Position numbers and translations under genes: made by a program. Of a stretch of 41,900 nucleotides of DNA, positions 37,637 through 41,900 are shown piece by piece. Source of the stretch: Deltaproteobacteria bacterium (GTDB taxonomy: Bacteria; Desulfobacterota; Desulfobaccia; Desulfobaccales; 0-14-0-80-60-11); assembly GCA_030655955.1 (NCBI GenBank), contig JAUSOZ010000031.1, forward strand, positions 1 to 41,900. The letters are read 5' to 3'. The first letter of the stretch is position 1, and the number at the start of each line of letters is the position of its first letter. The notes beneath the pieces were generated by a model, which was given only the letters and a program-made list of their open reading frames with translations, searched no databases and was not told the origin of the DNA.

Positions 37637-38911
37637 GTGGGAGCCAGGCACGAATCCATCATCTGTCCCGGTTGCGGCTGCCTCTGTGACGACCTGGATG
37701 TCACCGTCGACGGGGACCGGATTGTCGAGGTCAGCAATGTCTGCCTCTGGGGCGTGAGCCGCTTTTTCCACGCCAAAAAATTTCATCCCAAGAAAGAGCG
37801 TCACCGCCTGCGTGAGCCCGTGGTCCGTCATCGAGGGCGCCGGGAGACGGTGCCGTATGAGGCAGCCCTGGCGGAGGCGGCCCAGGTGCTGAGCCGGGCC
37901 CGCCGGCCGATCATCTAGGGGCTGACCAATTCCGGTTCCTGGGCCCAGGAAGCGGCCCTGAAACTGGCCTGCAGTTTACGAGCCCGGCTGGAACCGGCGG
38001 ATCTGGCCTTCAAGGCCCCCTACTACCAGAGCATCCAAGAGCACGGCCTGGCCTGGGCCCCCCTGGAGGTCATCCGGGATGAGGCCGACACGGTGCTGTT
38101 CTGGGGCGCCAATCCCATCCACTCCGCCCCCCGGCACGTGGTGCGCTACGCCGTCTTTGCCCGGGGCCGCTTCACCGAACGGGGTATTGAAGACCGGCAG
38201 ATGGCGGCGGTGGACATCTACCCCACCGAGCTGGCCCGGTTCTGCCCTCTGTTTATCAAGATCAACCCCGGGCAGGAAGTGGATCTGGTTGCCGGAGTCG
38301 CGGCCATCCTGGCCGGGGAGCCGCCGCCCGACCCCGTGGTCCGGGGCACCCGGCGGCTGGCCAAATTTCTGGCCGCTGCCTCCTGTGGAGTCATTTTTTG
38401 CGGCCGGGGGGTCAGTTATGGCCCGGGCCTGGAACTGTTTGACCGGCTGGCCCGCCTGGTGGCACTGCTCAATCAGCAGGCGAGGTTTTTCCTGTTTCCC
38501 CTGTCCGGCGACTTCAACTCCAACGGGCTGTACCATCTGCTGCTCAATGAGACGGGCCAGGCCGGGGCGCCGGATTTCGGGACGGGGGAGGTGGTGACCC
38601 ACTACACCCCGATGGATTTCCGGGAGGTGGACGCGGTCTTGGTCGCCGGGGCGGATTTATTGTGGTTTTTGCCGGACGAACAGGTGGAGGATCTGAAGCG
38701 CCGCCGGGTGCCGATCGTGGCCTTGAGCCCGTTTGCCAACCGGACCACCGGCCAGGCCGCGGTTATCTTGCCCACGGCCCTGGCCGGCATTGAGACGGCC
38801 GAGGTGGCCTATCGGATGGATGGGTTGCCCCTGGTCCTGAAGCAGCTGGTGGACTCGGCGCTGCCTCCGGACCACCAGGTGCTCACGGACCTGCAGCGGT
38901 TGATCGGGTGA
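37637..38911 (+). pseudogene. Formylmethanofuran dehydrogenase subunit B-like gene interrupted by in-frame TAG at 37916-37918 (pseudogene, sequence error or recoding)
   Basis: ORFs 37592 and 38093 share a frame; CPGCGCLCDD..C, RPII*G, D..LFWG.NP.H..PRH..RY, G.E.....YRMDG.P; GTG start with AGGTG RBS. Confidence 0.75.
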
Positions 38912-39104
38912 TTCAGGTTTGGGACTGGTGGCGACTGGCGATCAACCAAATGATTCCCGTAGGGGCGGACCTGTGTGTCCGCCCTCTTTGAGGCTGCACG
39001 CGCCAATACGCTCCTACGGCGTATCTTGATAGATTGATATGTTGCAAATAGATACCCTAAAGCTGATCGTGGGTTGCTGATCAGAGACCCGGGAGCACCG
39101 CACC

Positions 39105-40478
39105 ATGCGCCTTAAAATTGCCGGGGGACGCCTGTATGATCCAACCTGCGGCTTAGACGGTGAGGCCGGCGACCTCTACGTCGAAGACGGGCGGCTGGTG
39201 GCCCCGCTCCCCGAGGTGGACCGGGAGATCGAGGCCCGGGGTCAGATAGTGACGCCGGCGGGAATTGAGCTCCGGGGTCAGGTGGCCACCTACGGCCTCA
39301 ACTTTTTGCGTTTAACCGACGGGGCGCCTTCTCTCCGGGAATTGGGGGAGAGCTATGCCCTCCTGGGATATACCCATGTGCACGAGCCCTTTTTGACGGG
39401 CTTAACCGCGGGCTACGTCCAGCGCCAGCTGGCGGGCCTGCCCGTGGTGGACACCTCCGCCTCCCTGGTCCTCAACCTGCGGGAACTCGACCAGTGGCTG
39501 CGGTTTCCGGAGCTTCTTCCCGAAGTGGGGCAAACCCTCTTATATCTGCTGGACGAGACCCGGGCCCTCAATTTCCGGGTGGTGGAGCCCTTTGTCCGGT
39601 ACCGGCAGGGTTTTTACGCCCATCGCACCATCGAACCGGAGCCAACCCTGGAGATATTGGCCCACCTGTCCCGGATCACCGGGGCGCCCCTGTCCGTGGA
39701 GGCCTCCCCTGAGGTGCTGCGGGCCCGCCTGCCGGAGCCTGGGGCCTTTCATCTGGCCGCCCTGGGCCCGGCGCTGACGGCCGATGACCTGGTGGAGGCC
39801 GCCCTGGCCCATCTGGAGGCGGGGGCCACGGGGGACCTGGGGCTCATGCTCCCCGGACGAAAGAATGGGCCGACCCGGCTGCCGGTCCGGATAGACCTGG
39901 GGTGGTTCCGCTCCCTGGACCTCAACCCGGCGTTGGATGAGGCCGCAGGCCGGCGGGCCCTGGCCCTGGCCCTGTGCTGCCAGGGTTCCCAGGCAGCCTT
40001 TTCCGGGGCCGGGATGGCCCAGGCGCCGGTGAGCGAATACCCCCGGATGTTCTCCTGGCTGTGGGACCACGCCGCCCGCCGGCAGGATTGGCATGATGAC
40101 CTGGGGGCGCGGCGCTATTCGCTGTCGGACTGGGTCTGGGCCACCCGGGCCCTGCCCGCCCGGCTGCTGGGCCTTGAGGACCGGGGCCGTCTGAGCTTGG
40201 GCGCCCGGGCCGACGTGGCTATCTATGACGTGCCGGCGTACGCCCCCCCCGGCCAGTGGCACCATTACCTGGGCCGCTGCCGCACCCTGCTCAAGGCCGG
40301 GGAAGTCGTGGTGGACAACTTTAGCCTGGTAAATCCCGAGGCGCCCCGGGCCACGTATTACCGGCAAACCGGGGCCGAGGCCACCCCTATGCTGGCGGAA
40401 ATTTGCCAGTTCCAGAGTTTGCGCCGGGAAAACCTCTGGGTTAAGGAAGGTCTGGGCGGACCCTGGGTGGGAGTTTAG
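39105..40478 (+). CDS. Formylmethanofuran dehydrogenase subunit A-like amidohydrolase fold, metal ligands degenerate
   Basis: GG.LYDP..G.DG...D..V.DG, P.GI, GYT, TRA.PAR.LGL.DRG.L..GA.ADVAIYD, LK.GEVV. Confidence 0.75.
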   Translation: MRLKIAGGRLYDPTCGLDGEAGDLYVEDGRLVAPLPEVDREIEARGQIVTPAGIELRGQVATYGLNFLRLTDGAPSLRELGESYALLGYTHVHEPFLTGLTAGYVQRQLAGLPVVDTSASLVLNLRELDQWLRFPELLPEVGQTLLYLLDETRALNFRVVEPFVRYRQGFYAHRTIEPEPTLEILAHLSRITGAPLSVEASPEVLRARLPEPGAFHLAALGPALTADDLVEAALAHLEAGATGDLGLMLPGRKNGPTRLPVRIDLGWFRSLDLNPALDEAAGRRALALALCCQGSQAAFSGAGMAQAPVSEYPRMFSWLWDHAARRQDWHDDLGARRYSLSDWVWATRALPARLLGLEDRGRLSLGARADVAIYDVPAYAPPGQWHHYLGRCRTLLKAGEVVVDNFSLVNPEAPRATYYRQTGAEATPMLAEICQFQSLRRENLWVKEGLGGPWVGV

Positions 40479-40482
40479 AAAC

Positions 40483-40520
40483 AGGTTTTAGGTTTTAGGT
40501 TCTGGGTTCTGGGTTTTGGG
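40483..40520 (+). repeat. (RGGTTYT)n heptamer array after fwdA-like stop
   Basis: AGGTTTT AGGTTTT AGGTTCT GGGTTCT GGGTTTT GGG; same unit as 23257. Confidence 0.8.
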
Positions 40521-40603
40521 TTATTTGAGAGTGGGATTATGAAGTAATTATTCCCCGGAGGGTTCGATTGGTGGCACTAACAATAGGGCAAATGGCGTAA
40601 GGT

Positions 40604-41053
40604 ATGGCCACGGCAGAAGAACTCCTGGAATTTTTGCCCGGCACCGATTGCCGGCAGTGCGGCTTCATCTGCGCCGAGTTTGCCGGGTTGCTTCTGGCCC
40701 GGGAACGGCCGCCGGAGGACTGCCCGGTCCTCCATGAGCCCGACTATGCCGGGTTTATCGAGGCCTTGCACGAACTCCTGGGACCTTCGGCTTCGGCGGC
40801 GGGGATGCGCATCGACCCGGAAAAATGCAACGGCTGCGGCATCTGCGTGGCCATGTGCGAATTCCACCTGGGAAACTGTGATGCGGCCCGGCTGGGCAAG
40901 GGGCCCCGGCCCCAGGACCAGATGGTCTTCCACGTGGTCAACGGCACGGTGGTGGTGGTCCGCCAGGAACTGTGCACCCGGTTGGTCCAGGCGGCGGAGA
41001 AGTGCAGCAAGTGCGCCCAGTACTGCCCCACCGAGGCCATTGAGTTGTTTTGA
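40604..41053 (+). CDS. Fe-S protein: N-terminal RnfB/AcsC-type Fe-S domain plus ferredoxin domain
   Basis: LPGTDCRQCG..C..FA...CP; CNGCGICVAMC; CSKCAQYCP. Confidence 0.8.
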   Translation: MATAEELLEFLPGTDCRQCGFICAEFAGLLLARERPPEDCPVLHEPDYAGFIEALHELLGPSASAAGMRIDPEKCNGCGICVAMCEFHLGNCDAARLGKGPRPQDQMVFHVVNGTVVVVRQELCTRLVQAAEKCSKCAQYCPTEAIELF

Positions 41054-41164
41054 TCAGCAGTTAGCGGTTAGCAGTTAGTAACCCTATTGAACTGATAAAT
41101 TTATTGCGCCTGGATAGTGCTCATGATTTTTTTTTATGGCTAATAGCTAACTGCTAACAGCTGA
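41054..41164. repeat. Inverted (GCRGTTA)n heptamer arrays bracketing the spacer before hdrC
   Basis: 41054-41078 vs 41140-41164: 21 of 25 Watson-Crick plus 2 G-U. Confidence 0.8.
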
Positions 41165-41173
41165 AGGCTAAAT

Positions 41174-41641
41174 ATGACCGAAACCGTAAACCTTCAGGAT
41201 TTGGATCCCCATTTCAAAGATGAGGTGGCCACCGAGCCCGGTTGTCAGCACCTTTGGCGCTGCTTTGCCTGCGGGGTCTGTACCGCCACCTGCCCGGTAA
41301 GCGAAATCACGCCCGGCTTCAGCCCCAGCCAGATCATCCGCCAGGTGCTTTACGGCCAGCGAGCGGCCCTGCTGGGTTCTTCGGCCCTTTGGCATTGCGC
41401 CCGCTGCGCCCGGTGCTCCTTTCAGTGCCCCCAGGACGTGCGTTTTCTGGATATCATCCAGGGTCTGAGAAATCTGGCCCTGCGGGACGGCTGCATCAGC
41501 CCGGCCCGGGTGGCCCGGTTGGAGCAGGGGGAGCGGCTGATCCAGGAACTGAGGCGGCGCCTCATCGGCGAACTCCTGTCCGGGGAGGAAGAGTCGGAGG
41601 TGAAAGACGCCCTGGCCCGGCTAGCCGGTGAGGTAGAATAG
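41174..41641 (+). CDS. hdrC: Heterodisulfide reductase subunit C-like protein
   Basis: CFACGVCTATCP, P.QIIR....G, LW.C..C..C...CPQDV. Confidence 0.85.
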   Translation: MTETVNLQDLDPHFKDEVATEPGCQHLWRCFACGVCTATCPVSEITPGFSPSQIIRQVLYGQRAALLGSSALWHCARCARCSFQCPQDVRFLDIIQGLRNLALRDGCISPARVARLEQGERLIQELRRRLIGELLSGEEESEVKDALARLAGEVE

Positions 41642-41665
41642 CCTGGGTGTTGTTCATGGCAGTCA

Positions 41666-41839
41666 TTCATGGGCCGTCGGTCCACCCATAAATGATGAAA
41701 AGTTCGTAGGGCGGGCGTCTCGCCCGCCGCTTTAGTCCGCACAGGCGAGACGCCTGTGCCACCAAATTCTTATTAATTTTTCAAGACAGCCTGAAATCTG
41801 TTTGAGCCTCGTAAGGGCGACCCGCCGGGTCGCCCCTAC
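41666..41839. repeat. REP-like hairpin cluster after hdrC
   Basis: GTAGGGCGGGCG..CGCCCGCC, GCACAGGC..GCCTGTGCCACC, GTAAGGGCGACCC..GGGTCGCCCCTAC. Confidence 0.75.
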
Positions 41840-41900
41840 CAGAACACCTCACTATGGAGTCGATTTCTTCCATCCATGAATAGCCCGGCAACAGTATTTT

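Noticed and set aside
37916-37918. Selenocysteine recoding in fwdB
   Set aside because: The codon is TAG rather than TGA and does not align with the Cys/Sec ligand position.

Overview
GC-rich bacterial chromosomal window. Gene content (futalosine menaquinone pathway, HdrC, Fwd-like subunits) suggests an anaerobe, plausibly Desulfobacterota; this is inference only. Left to right: orphan higA; AT-rich SGNH hydrolase; pdxA; secreted metallophosphoesterase; proC; nadC; an AT-rich membrane ORF fused to a Cys-rich small protein; valS; a TetR regulator followed by a futalosine-pathway cluster (mqnE, mqnC, MTAP/MTIP-like nucleosidase, amidohydrolase, mqnA, ubiD, ubiX, membrane protein, ubiA); an outer-membrane beta-barrel; livH-M-F-G with a PaaK-like ligase; an alpha/beta hydrolase lipoprotein; dCMP deaminase; ftsK; bioB-D-F-H-C with a BirA operator; HPF/cold-shock fusion; a radical SAM gene; and a fwdB-like/fwdA-like/Fe-S/hdrC cluster. 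Main points of interest: (1) the FwdB- and FwdA-like proteins lack their canonical metal ligands, fwdB also carries an in-frame TAG, and both sit upstream of Fe-S and HdrC genes; (2) many intergenic spacers are bracketed by inverted 7/8-mer tandem arrays running from a stop codon to the next start, with consistent polarity, and are filled with several REP-like hairpin families; (3) a duplicated TGACC-N4-GGTCA palindrome links the TetR to the menaquinone operon; (4) an Asn-type (6-oxopurine) phosphorylase-family gene plus a deaminase may replace MqnB. All protein calls are from recognition of motifs, not database searches.
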